A DNA stretch of 63,476 bases, the filler included, from Jimgerdemannia flammicorona (lineage: Eukaryota), in assembly GCA_003990765.1 (NCBI GenBank). It is 3 parts of 3 records of this genome, joined end to end, with 100 filler letters (N's around TTAATTAATTAA, not from the genome) between each part and the next. Parts side by side here need not be neighbours in the genome. Positions count along the whole stretch, not along the records: positions 42,387 to 63,476 come from RBNJ01001538.1; 2 more parts are not named here. One strand, 5' to 3'. Below are positions 49,424 through 61,398 of this stretch, piece by piece. Under the pieces are notes generated by a model. That model did no database searches. It was not told the origin of the DNA and saw only the letters and a list, made by a program, of their open reading frames with translations. The stretch's first letter is position 1; each line of letters starts with the position of its first letter. A program made the translations under genes and the position numbers.

Positions 49424-50254
49424 ATGCCTGCCACTTGCCACCAAACTGCCCGCCATAGCCAGCCCCTCCTAAGCCAGATTGACTACCTCTTTGGACACAT
49501 CCAGATTACTATCTAAGGAAGGAACCACCACTCAGAGGCTCTTAACCTCTCCAGCCAGGATCTAGGACATTATGTCCTCAACTGCCATGAAGTCATTGAA
49601 AGGGCTTACCTTGCCACTAGCTGCCTAGAGATCTGGTATGAATATGAGATTGGCCATAAACTCCTCCAACGAGCAAAGGACCTGCCCATGGACTAAGTCT
49701 CTGATTGGACCCACCTGGATGGGAGCAAGCAAAGACTTGTCAAGAAGGTCCATCAAATCATGTACCATGCACCCTTTGCAATCCCCAACCTCAACTATGT
49801 CCAACTGAAGGACTTCCAGAACCTCTTCTTCTTTGAGGTTGACAAACTAGAAATCAAGGTAGCCTAAGAAGCCAACTCCTGGATCACCCTCAAGTTTACT
49901 GACTGCAAACCCTACTGGAGCCCCCTTCTGAATAACAACCCTGATCAATGGCTCCAAGGCCTCTCTGACCTCTTTGAAGGACTGCCCATCTGAATAGATA
50001 TTCTCAGGCATGAGGACAAAGAACCCTACTTGGATGGCCCCAACTACATCAGATGGAGAACCCCTACACCAGCACCTATCCCAATGCAAGAACCATTTGC
50101 AGACCTCATTGACTTCTCCATCCTGGACAGTGAGCCATCAGCAACCACCACCCCCCCTACTACTGAAGAAAATACCAACAACCCTGAGCAGGATTCTCTA
50201 CCTTTCTCTCCTCTAGTTCTCAATTTCTCAATCAACGAGGACATTGATTTCTAA
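49424..50254 (+). pseudogene. Accessory ORF-Y, 277 codons, unknown function
   Basis: Single frame from ATG to TAA with no frameshift. Four internal stops: three are Gln codons in copies B/C, and one is TGA/TGA/TAA, consistent with ancestral CGA. The stop overlaps the PPT. Confidence 0.85.
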
Positions 50255-50265
50255 GAAGAAAAGAA

Positions 50266-51013
50266 TGTAATAGAACAAGGCATGATGAGTGATCATGTGA
50301 CCCAACGGTAATGACGTCATCATATGAATGAAGCGTAACATACGAATGATGCAAAACGATACAGAAAATGATATCTAGCTTATTTCCAACAATTGGCACT
50401 ACAGCAACTATTGCCACAGCTACTGATCATTGCCTAGTAATTGAGGTCCTAATTATAAAGATATTCTTTATCAAAAACTACCTGATAAAGGTCACAATCA
50501 CAAACCTCATTATAGTTATCAAATTAATTACTCATACTTAGTCAGAAATCGCAGACTAACTTGTATAAATACCTCCCAGTTTCTATCTAAAATAAAGCAG
50601 TTTTAGTTTAGTCCTTGATACAAGAATCAAGTTCCCCCCCTACACACACATTCCCCTGAGTCTTAGTAATGACACCTAAGTGACTCTAGTGTTTCTGACT
50701 AAACTCCAGAAGCCTAGCTAACTTCTGTCAGAACTGAGACTAGTATATAAATCCCCAAAGACTTAAGTAAACTCATTGAACCTGAATTCTAAGGTGAATT
50801 CAGTCTGTGTACAGCAAAGAACAAGACCCTTGAAATAGGGCACAAGAGAAAGACATTTGAAACAGAAGGTACTGCTGCTACAACTACTTATAAGTGAGCA
50901 CTTCCTCAAACTAAAGGCTTCTTGGTATACATTGTGTACTAAGTCCCTAAGTAATAGTCCACTTTCCTAATTATCCAAAGGATAAGAGAGGGGTAGAAGT
51001 GAGAGTTATTACA
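50266..51013 (+). repeat. 3' LTR of copy A (748 bp)
   Basis: TGTAATA...TATTACA termini, preceded by PPT AAGAAGAAAAGAA. TGACGTCA at 50312, TATAAATA at 50564, AATAAA at 50591. Confidence 0.95.
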
Positions 51014-51951
51014 GTTACTGTACTCTAGGAATGGTGCTATTTCCTCCTAGGACAACCATTTGTAGCCTACACTGATCACCATGCCCTACAGTATATTCAC
51101 ACACAGCCCATGCTGACCCATAGACAAGCCTGCTGGATGGAAATCATTACCAACTTTGATATAGAAATCAAGTATATTCCAGGCAAAACCAACTATATAG
51201 CTGATGGTTTCTCCAGATATATGGAAGATGAACTTGTCTTCATAGTTGAGGTAATTGGAGATCTTACCCAAATGATCAAGGACAGCTACCAGCAAGATAG
51301 CTCCTTAATGAAATTCTTTCAATTTTACTAAGACCCAGAAGCTGAGATCCTAGAACCCATGAGACAAATGTCCAAGAGATTCACTTACCATGATGGACTT
51401 ATCTACAAAGACTATAATAGAGTGGTTGTACTCAATAATAATACTCTGCAACTCAAGATTATGCAGGAACTCTATGATATTCCTGCAGCAGGACACTTTG
51501 GTTTCAAAAAGACCTACAACCTCCTCTTAAGAGAGTTTTACTAACCAAAGATGACCAAGGATATCAAAGACTTTGTATCTTATGTAAGATATATCAAAGG
51601 TTCAAAAGTAGTAACAAGCTACCAGCAGGACTTCTGCAACTGCTACCAATCCCAAGTTATAACTGGGATCAAATTGTAATAGATTTCATTGTCCAACTCC
51701 CCAAGACCAAGGCAGGATGGGATGCCATCATGGTATTTATGGATCACCTAAGTAAATAAGCCCATTTTGCATCCACCAAGACCACTGCTACAGCACCAGA
51801 GATTGCTGAGATTTTTCTCAATCAAGTATTCAGGCTATATGGCATGCCTAGTACTATTGTATCTGACTGAGCTACCAAATTCACAAGCAACTTCTAGAAG
51901 GTATTTTTCTCTCTCCATGGAACTAAGCTGAAGTTCTCTACTGCCTACTAC

Positions 51952-52627
51952 TAGTGCTCCAAATGAGTCAATCCGGATAGGATTCGGATGGATTCGAATC
52001 CCATCCGGATCAACTCGGATCGATTCGGATCAACTCGGATTGGATTCGAATCCCATCTGGATGGATTCGAATCAAACATTGTTTTGATTTCCAAATTGGA
52101 CAATTAAATGTTTACATCAATAACTCGATGAATAATTATCCAAATTTGATGATCTTGGTGTCATTTGAAAGCCCTTAATAAGGCCTTTCTAATGATATCA
52201 AGAACATTAAAATCAGATTACATATTGCCGAGATATTAAGGAAAACGTTCTATTTGACGAAATTTCCAAAATTGGCAAATCGAAGAATTTCCAAAATCGG
52301 CGATTCAGACGGTTTCCTTCATAACTCAGCAACGCATGATCCGATTTCAATGTTCTTGGTATCATTAGATAGGCCTTATTAAGGGCTTTCAAATGACACC
52401 AAGATCATCAAATTTGGATGATTATTCATTGAGTTATTGATGTAAACATTTAATTATCTAATTTGGAAATCAAAACAATGGTTGATTCGAATCCATCCGG
52501 ATGGGATTCGAATCCCATCTGAGTTGATCTGGATGGGATTCGAATCCCATCCGAGTTGATTCGGATGGGATTCAATCTGAATCAATCCGAATCCAATCCG
52601 GATTAAATTGACTCATTAGGAGCACTA
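51952..52627. mobile_element. Fold-back non-autonomous DNA transposon (MITE), hAT-like termini
   Basis: TIR TAGTGCTCC(A/T)AATGAGTCAAT at both ends, ~300-bp inverted arms, subterminal GGATTCGAATCCCATCCG repeats, CpG-rich. Confidence 0.9.
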
Positions 52628-52956
52628 ACCCCAAGTACTACTGCGAAATCAGCAGTCCCAGTAGCCCAAGATCTGGCTGAGACCATTTCTGACTTTACCC
52701 AAATAACAAGAGATGCTCTTATAGAAGCACAAGACTACCAGATCAAGTATGCAAACTTGAAGCAAAGAGAAGTCTCTCATAATATTGGTGATATAGTCAT
52801 GCTTAGAACAGATCACCCCCACCCAGACACTCTTGTATAACAACTAGCCAAGAAACTCTGTACTAGAAGAATTGGACCATACAAGATTGTGGAAAAAGTC
52901 AGCAAAGTCAACTACAAGTTGTAACTTCTCCACAATATCCAAATACATCCAGTATT

Positions 52957-52989
<33 letters not shown>

Positions 52990-53150
52990 GTCACTTGGAC
53001 TCCTTTATTCCACTAGTCTATAGAGTTATACTATTCATATCTCTCATCAATTACCCTAGAACAACAATGGCTCCTTCCCTCCACTATATAATAGTAATAC
53101 AAGAAAGGGCCCTTCAGTCTACACCCTCTTTCCACCTCACCCCCTTTTCA

Positions 53151-56100
53151 CTAAGTATAAGATGCTCCTGACTCTTCTGAACAATGTCCAACACCTTTCT
53201 CATAGCCCCCATCTGGTGCCTCTTCCCCTGATACCACCACCCTTATACCACTTCTAACAGCAACCCTTTCCACTGCTCCACCAATTCTCTGATTCCCATC
53301 TAAGGATCTCTCTCGAACACCCATCGCCAGTGTACTGCCATCAGTACCCAGATGCTGATAATCCAACCCAGGCCTCCCCAGATGTCCCCAATTTCCCCCA
53401 CCAGTCGATGCTTGATCACCTGACAAGAGGGGCCACCTGTCTGTGTACTCTCTACTCTCCAATAACCTTCTAATGTCTGCCAAAATCCTTCGACCCCTGG
53501 GCATTCAGCCAGAACATGCTTGGGCGTCTGCACTACTCCACCATCTAGCTCACAACACCACTCACATTTCTTTATACCATCCTCGACCATTCACCCTGTC
53601 CTGTACCCCAGCATGACATTCCTCCACAGAAATTGCCACCATACTACCCAGAACTTAGGTGGGACAATCTTGAGTAGAGAGGTCCCCCAACCCCACACTC
53701 AGCCCCACTCCCACTTTTCGCCATACCCGGTCTTCTGCCAACCAACCGGCCACCTCTCAAGTGGTCCTATCCAGATCCACTCCATTGCCCCAGTTAAAGA
53801 GTACTCTACCAATGAGTGGCTGCCAACACGAATCCCACTAAGTCACCACCATCGCCGTTCTGGGTCCTCCTCTTCTCCGCCAGGCTCCGGGCCCATAAGC
53901 CCCATTGCTAGCCATACTTCTACAATGCCCCACCAGAATCCCTGATAGTGCAGCCTGCCAACCTTTCCAACCTGGAGCAAACCATGCATATCCTTCCGAA
54001 GTTCATCCCGGGGGCAGAACCTTACTTCCCAATTGTCTATGGCCAGTTTGCTCCAACCCTCCCCTCCTAATTCTACCATTCGACAACCCCACCAGCCCCG
54101 AAGTGCCTTCAGCCACCTTCTAAAGTCCACCAGCCCCAGACCCCCATCTGCCTTCGGCATCACTATTATCTCCCAGCTAATCTGTGATCTTCTTCTCTGC
54201 CATAACCATCCTTCGACCACCTTCTTCAGTTTCTGTACCACCCACCCTGGAAAGTCCAGGTGGTACCCCAGATACCACAGCTTTGGCAACCAATATACAT
54301 TCAAAACTACAATCCTCCCAACCAAAGAAAATCCCCTCCCTGACCAGCCTACCAAAGAATTCTCCCACTTCTGTATCAATCTACTTGGCAGCACTATCCC
54401 ATATACCGAGAACCAGATGCCCAAATATTGCACTGCCTCCCCAGAACCAACCAAATGTCCAAAATGTCCATGCTCCCCCAAGCCAGCTCCAAGCTCCATA
54501 GTCTCACACTTACCCCAGTTCAGCTTCACCCCTGCCAGCATCTCATACTGCCCTACCCCTTTCTGCAAGCTCACCACATCCTCCACACTGCCTAACCCTA
54601 CCACCATGTCATCCACAAAGGCCCCTAGCTTCCAGACCACCTCCCCTATCTTCAACCTGGTAAGTCTCCCCTTCAGCCATGCCAATAAGGGCTCCAAAGA
54701 CAAAATATAAAGCAGGGGTGAAAGAGGATCTCCCTGTGGCACACCTTGTCCTAAGAAAAACTCCAGGCCACTCCACCCATTCATCAATACTGCAGCCTGG
54801 CAACCTCACACCAGACCCATCAGCTTTTGAGCCTCCCCCATGCCAAATCTGGCCTTCCATAGAACTGCCTCTAAGAAGTTCCACCTCACCCTATCATAAG
54901 CCTTTTCCTGATCCAAGAACACCATTCTTCCATCAACTTGCTGGCTTCTACATCTCTCCAAAACATTTTGCACCCAGGCTGTACTGTTGCGAATCTGTCT
55001 CTCCTTCACAAACCCTTGCTGTTCCTCACCAATCAATCTACCAATCCATTGCTGCATTCTCTCTACCAGAATCTTAGAGACCAACTTCCTATCTACATTC
55101 AGTAACATGATGGGTCTCTAGTTCCACCACACACATCTGTCCCCTCTCTCCTTGTAGAGCAGAGAGACTAGTCCCAAGGAGCCATTGCCAATCCAGCAAC
55201 CTTCCCCCAGTGTAAAGTTTGCCATTTCCACCAACTATTCCCCAAACTCAGTCTGAAACTCCTTCCAGAACTCCCAGGGCAGACCATCCTCCCCTGGCGA
55301 TAAGCCCACCTGCACTTTCCTCAGAACCTCCAATACTTCTTTGAGGGCCACCCTACCCATTACTGCCCCACCAATTGTAGGCTCTGCCTCCACTGACCAG
55401 CTGCCAACCAAATTGTTGTTATCCTCTAGTGCTGCCTCTCCTTCCACCAGCCCTCCATCATCCTGCCATAGGGAGCACCAATGACCAGAGATCTCCCCAA
55501 GCATATCCATGATATCTGTCACCTCTGTTCCATCCTCTCGCAACACTGAGGCCCAACTGTGCCGCACTTTCCTGGCCTTCAAGATTCCTGATAAGTATTT
55601 GGTGGGTCGCTCTCCTTCCTCCAACCTCCTTGCTCGCAATCTTGCCAGCAACCCATCTACCACCCTGTCTTCTGCTGCCTTCAAATCTGACCGCAACTCA
55701 GCTACCTCTTTGATCAATAGGGAGTGCTATTCCATAGAGGAGTTCTCTCCTTCCAGAAGTTTAAGCTGCCAGCGAAGCCCCTGCTCCACTCTCCTTTCTC
55801 TATCCTTCTGCTCTCTTCTAGCTACTTCTCCTATATCATGCCAATATGCACCTGCTAGATGTTTAAATTTCCCCCACCACTGTGCTATTGGCTGGCCACC
55901 ATGCTTCTACCATGCTACTTCCTGTCTTGTGATTTTCACAAACTTGTCTCGCTCCACCTGTCTCTTAAGTAGTGCCACATTAAGTCTCCATCTACCTCCA
56001 CTACCACTGGTCACCTGGAATCTCCCACACACCTCCACACCCCAGTGATCTGACCAGGGACACTACTGTACCTCTGATAAGTCTAAAATATTACCCCAGT

Positions 56101-56737
56101 ATTCTGCTATCAGGATCCAGTCAATCCTTGTCCCAACCAAATTCTCACCAAATGGATGCCACCTAGTAAATGGCCCTGACTTCTCACCTTGACATTGCCG
56201 TACTCCATCAATCAATCCCATTTTCTTCTCAGCTTGAAGCCATCATAAGAGCCCAGTGGAGACTGCCACACCGACTCCACCATCCGACCTATCTAATGTC
56301 CTATCATGCACCATATTAAAGTCCCCTCCCAGAATGTCCAGCCCAATCTCATCTCGGCCTCCCCAATTCAGCCAACCTTCCACCCATTGATTTTGCTCCC
56401 TGCCAACTGCCAGCAGATATACTGAGGCAACCACCAGTCCATCACTAGCTCCTCCTTTCAATCTCCCCCAGATCAATCGATCACCATAATTCTCAACCTC
56501 CTTCAGTTCTCCTCTCCCCACTCCAATCAAGATGCCCACCTGCTCATTCTACCCTGCACTACCAAACCATTCCTTGCTCCACTCCTCATAATCTTGCTCC
56601 CCATAGGCCCGAATGTCCTGTAGAAATACTACATCATACCTCCTGTTCTTTAGCCACCGAAACAAACACCTCTGCTTCACTCCATCCTGCAAACCATTGA
56701 CATTTAGCAATAATATATGTAGACTGTTCATCATCAT
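53151..56737 (-). pseudogene. LINE ORF2 (AP endonuclease-RT-C-terminal zinc finger)
   Basis: LLLNVNGL, VVFLQD, GGDFN, RIDW, SDH (APE); LLNVDRKLVSKIL, LDQEKAYDRV, GVPQGDPLSPLLY, FVDD (RT); PKADGGLGL; CEWC..HVLAEC. Confidence 0.93.
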
Positions 56738-56749
56738 GAATATAAATGT

Positions 56750-56887
56750 TTAAAGCTCAGCCGGAATCGCCACCACCTTTTTGGCCCTACTGCAGATTAT
56801 TGCCTTCTGTTTCTCACAGATAGCCCTCCAGATGCAGGCTCCATTCACACTACTGCAGAAGGCATCCACTCGCTCTGATGCCACCTT

Positions 56888-56926
<39 letters not shown>

Positions 56927-58645
56927 CTGATGCCACCTTCCTGATATCAGCCATACGATTCTCATCCACCTCATATCCTTCATCATTCAGAAGTGCTGCC
57001 ACCATCACTGTCACCAACTTCAGCCCCTGCAATGCCACATTGAGGAACCCTTCCCAGGTCTCCTGCGATCTATTAAACACATCCACTTCCTTGATATCCT
57101 CCTCTGTAAGTTCCTCGAGCACTGCCTGATACCAGTCATCTGCCGTCATCACCATGGGCCCAGGCGTGGCTGGCCTTGGGGTCTGCTCAGCTCCTGCAGC
57201 ATCTCTCTATCCACTGATACATCAGAAGCCACATCCACCAGGTCATCCTCCTTAGTGTCTTTCTCTAGCCGAACTACTTCGCCTGCTTCTGGGTATTCCC
57301 AATGAACATTCGTTGCTCCTGCCATGTGGACATTCTCCAACTGGGTCTCCAGTACCACCTTGATAGCCTCCTCAAAGCCCCCAGTGTTCGCCTTCTCCTT
57401 ATCCACCCACTTCTCCTTTACTGGTGTGTGGGTGGAGCTCTCCACTCTCCTTAATTGCACAAAGGACACCTCGGCTGTCTCCACCTCTTCCATCTGATTC
57501 TTGGCCACCTCTGCTCTCTCCTTTTTCTCCTTTTCCGAGCCCTGGAGGACCGTCTGCAGGCGCTCCCAGTTTGCCCTTCACCACCTCTTCCTCCTCTCAT
57601 CTGTCAGGATCCAGATCCAGTCCTTGGCAAACTCCTCCCATCTCCTCTTCCGCAATTCCTTTGCAGCCTCTCTCTACTCTAGGACAACTAGCAATTCCTC
57701 CTCCTCCTGTTCAGAACCTTTCCTTCTCTACACCTTGCACTTCTGCCCTCCAATACGGATCACTTCCAGCCAGTCCCTCCCTTGCCCTGTGGCCTCCTTA
57801 CCCTCTAGTCTCACCATCACCTCGCAATTGCCATTCCTCAGCTTTGTCCTCTCCCAGAACATGAATCCAAAGTCAACCATCTCGCCAAACACCCCCAGCA
57901 CCTCTGCCACCATTTCCTTGGTCTCCTGTCTCCCCAGTGTCAGCAGTCCTTCAACCACCAGTCACACTGCCCTCAGGTCCCACCTCAGATACCTTGCCAT
58001 GCCAACCTTGATGCTTTTGATGACCAGCCCTTTCTCCAGGGCCTTCACCATCTCCTCCTCCTCAACAAATCCTATCTCAACTGCCTCCGCCGATGGGATG
58101 AACTTCAGTGACTCGGCCCCTGCAATCTCCTCTCCCACTAGCCGCAGGACCTCTCTAGCAGACATCCCCAGCCCCAAGAAATTCGCCAAAATAGCCCACA
58201 TTGACACCAACTTGTGGAAGAAGAGATGTACCACCAGTTCACCAGAATCTGCTGCCATTGTTGCCTTCTTCTTGTTCTCTGATACTCCAGCAGTCACCCT
58301 AGCCACCGGCCCAGCCCCAGGAATACCAGTCTCAGCCACACCACTTCCAGACCCCTGGCCCCTTGCAGGCACCTGACCAGTCACCTGACCAGTCACCTGG
58401 CTGGTCACCTGACTCCTACCCCTGTCAACACTACGTCCCCCCTGCCCTACCCCCATGGGCCTGGCAGCCGCCCTCCTGCCCCCCATCACCATGTACCAAC
58501 TCTCAATGCTAGCCTGCCTCCCCTGACCACCCGCATTCCTTGCCTCTACACCAGCCCCAACCGTCGCTGTGAAACTCTTAGGAAGACCCAGACCAGGCCT
58601 CCTTCTCTCCAAATGCTCAGAGCTTAATGAACCCTGGGTCGCCAT
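56750..58645 (-). pseudogene. LINE ORF1 (Gly-rich N-terminus, RRM-like region, charged helical region)
   Basis: ORF pieces 57962-58645, 57728-57958, 57149-57508 and 56850-57155; homologous to 30393-31898. Confidence 0.8.
56890..56926 (-). mobile_element. Poly(A)-only retro-insertion with perfect TSD
   Basis: 37-nt T run flanked by identical ctgatgccaccttcc (56875-56889, 56927-56941). Absent from the homologous site near 32095. Confidence 0.9.
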
Positions 58646-60602
58646 CCGATAAAAACTCCACCAAAACAGACGAGACTTGTTATATATTGTAGCTAGACTC
58701 CTGCCACACCTTGTACACCAGAATAGATGACAGGAAAACTTGAAAACATGTTGCTTGTCGCGAAAAGATGTCTGTGTGGCTTAGCTTGCTCTGAATGGTT
58801 CGAGCAAAAGGAGTCCTATTATACCTAGTATTCCATATCAGCCAACTGGTGGACTACTATGAGAACCCATTCCCCAAGCATAAAGTTCCACCACCACCCC
58901 CAATTAGGATCAATGATCATGAGGAATTTGAAATCAAGGAAGTACTTGACCATAAGGTCTGCAAATATCCCAAAACAGTCAAGCAGTTTTTTCTGATCAA
59001 GTGGAAGGGTTACCCCACCTATGATACTACCTAGGAAAAAGAAGAAGCTCTGAAGAATGTACATGAAGCCCTTCAGGACTATATGGAAACACTCACTCTC
59101 CAGCAAAGGAAGGAACTGCAGCTCTAAGTATTGGAGCACATAGTGGGCAGAAGGATACTATATATTTTATCTGGAAATATATAATACTGAATATTGCAGA
59201 AAAAGGAACACTATAGATAACTAACAAGAAGATATTCGAGCAAAGGACAATTTAGAATAGTATAGCAAAATATATTTGAACAACTCCATTTCACACCATC
59301 TATGTCATCTCTGCTGAATGATGACAGATGCTTCATATGGAACTTAGGAAAGCCAATGATGTCAAAACCAGTCTAAGTCCATCTACGTGACAGATATTAT
59401 TACTAGGAATTGCCTCGGATTATAAGAAAGTCTATTTCTAAGAGGTTCAAATCTCCAGCCATGACAATGAGAGCCCTCACCCTAGACAAGGATGGCCAGT
59501 TCTCACAAATGTACCAACCAGATAAAAAAAAAGAGGACCAAGACCTGTTAACCCTGTGTAATTATAAGTATGAGTGATGATATCTTTGAAATCAGGATTT
59601 CCTCATATAACTAGCACATGCTCTATTTATAGCAACAGGTCACACATTTTGCTAGAAAGCATGACCAAAGGAAGGTCACACCAGATAGATGAATAAGTAC
59701 ATATAAATACCCAAGGTAAGAATACTCTGCAACTCTCATCTCCCTCTTCTTACAAAGAAAAGACAAGACAAGAATGCCTGCTATCTACCGCCAAACTGTC
59801 CGCTATAGCCAGCCCCTCCCAAGCCAGGTTGACTACCTCTTTGGACACATCCAGATTGCTATCCAAGGAAGGAACCGCTACTCAGAGGCTCTTAACCTCT
59901 CTAGCCAGGACCTAGGATATTATGTCCTCAACTACTGAGAAGTTATCGAAAGAACCTACCTTGCCACCAGCTGCCTAGAGATCTGGCATGAATATGAGAT
60001 TGACCATCAACTCCAAAGAACCTGCCCACTGACCAAGTCTCTGATTGGATCCACCTAGATAGACATGAGCAAAGACTTGCCAAGAAGGTCTATCAAATTA
60101 TGCACTATACATCCTTTGCAATCCCCAACCTCAACTATGTCCAACTAAAGGATTTCCAGAACCTCTCTTTTCCCAAGGTTGATGAGCTAGAGATCAAGGT
60201 AGCCCAAGAAATCAACTCCTAGATCTCTCTCAAATCTACTGACTGTGAATCCTACTGGAGCCCCCTCCTGAATGACAACTTAGACCAATGGCTCCAAGGC
60301 CTCTCTGACCTCTTTGAAGGACCCCCAATCTGAATGGATATCCCCAGGCATGAGGATTAAGAACTCTACTTGGATGGATCCAACTGCATCAGATGGAGAA
60401 CCCCACCACCAGTACCTATCCCCATGCAAGAACTATTTACAGACCTCATTGACTTCTCCATCTTAAAGAGCAAGCTATCAGCAACCACCCCTCCTGCTAC
60501 TGAAGAAGATGATAACAACTCTGAGGAGGATTCTCTACCTTTCTCTCCCCTGGTTCTCAATTTCCAAATCAATAAGGATGTTGATTTCTAAGAGGGGAAG
60601 AA

Positions 60603-61398
60603 TGTAATAGAATGAATGAGCAAGTAAATAGATGGAATGTGATGAGATGAGTGATCACATGATCCAGCAGTAATGATGTCACTATATGATCGAGCATGAC
60701 ATATGAATAGTGAGTGATGAATGAATGAATGATATAAATAATGCAAAAAACAATATCCAGCTTATCTCTGACAATTGGTGCCACAGTAACAGTTGTTATA
60801 GTAGCTGATTATTGCCTAGTAATTGAGGTTCTGATCACAAAGTTGTTTTTGCCAAAAACCACTTAACAAAGGTCACAATCACAAACCTCATTATAGTTAC
60901 CAAATTAGTCACTTATACTTAGTTAGAAATTGTAGACTAACTTGTATAAATACCCCCCAGTTTCCATTCAAAATAACGCAGTTTTAGTTCAGTCCTTGAT
61001 ACAAGAATCAAGTCCCCCCCATACATATACATTCCTCTGAGTCTTAGTAATGACACCTAAGTGACTCTAGTATTTCTGACTAAACTCCAGAAGTCTAGCT
61101 AACTTCTACTAGAACTGAGACCAGTATATAAATCCTCAAAGACTTAAGTAAACTCATTGAATCTGAATTTCAAGGTGAATTCAGTCTGTGTATAGCAAAG
61201 AACAAGACCTTTGAAATAGAAGGCAAACCAGAGAAAGATCTTTGAAATAGAAGGCACTACTACTACAACTACTTATAAGTGAGTGCTTCCTCAAACTGAA
61301 GACTTCTTGGTACATATTGTGTACTAAGTCCCTAAGTAATAGTCCATTTCCCTAATTATCCAAAGGATAAGTGAGGGATAGAAGTGAGAGTTATTACA
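60603..61398 (+). repeat. 3' LTR of copy B
   Basis: PPT AAGAGGGGAAGAA then TGTAATA...TATTACA; homologous to 50266-51013. Confidence 0.95.

Larger units (their letters stand above)
42387..51013 (+). mobile_element. Chromodomain-bearing Ty3/Gypsy family 4 copy A (near full length)
   Basis: Partial 5' LTR 42387-42777, then gag, dUTPase, PR, RT, RH, IN, chromodomain, ORF-X, ORF-Y, PPT 50253-50265 and 3' LTR 50266-51013. Confidence 0.96.
52959..58819 (-). mobile_element. Full-length L1/Tx1-like LINE (5.86 kb)
   Basis: Poly(T) 52959-52986. 15-bp TSD tacatccagtattcc (52944-52958) / tatacctagtattcc (58820-58834). ORF1 plus ORF2. Confidence 0.96.
51014..61398 (+). mobile_element. Family 4 copy B, 3' half (RH end-IN-chromo-ORF-X-ORF-Y-LTR), host of copy A, a MITE and a LINE
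   Basis: 51014 onward matches 47031 onward. ORF-Y at 59774-60591 (frameshifted); 3' LTR at 60603-61398. Confidence 0.93.

Noticed and set aside
49424..50254. ORF-Y as an env gene
   Set aside because: The position is env-like, but there is no evident signal peptide, transmembrane helix or fusion-protein features.
51970..52075. GGATTCGAATCC repeats resembling a tRNA T-arm/B-box or a CRISPR array
   Set aside because: No cloverleaf, no unique spacers and no cas genes. They are mirrored subterminal repeats of the MITE.
54033..58376. Long plus-strand ORFs (54033-54710, 55509-56048, 57501-58376) and similar antisense ORFs such as 44934-45602 and 4196-4720
   Set aside because: These are antisense shadows of LINE or Gypsy coding frames, with biased composition and no independent motifs.
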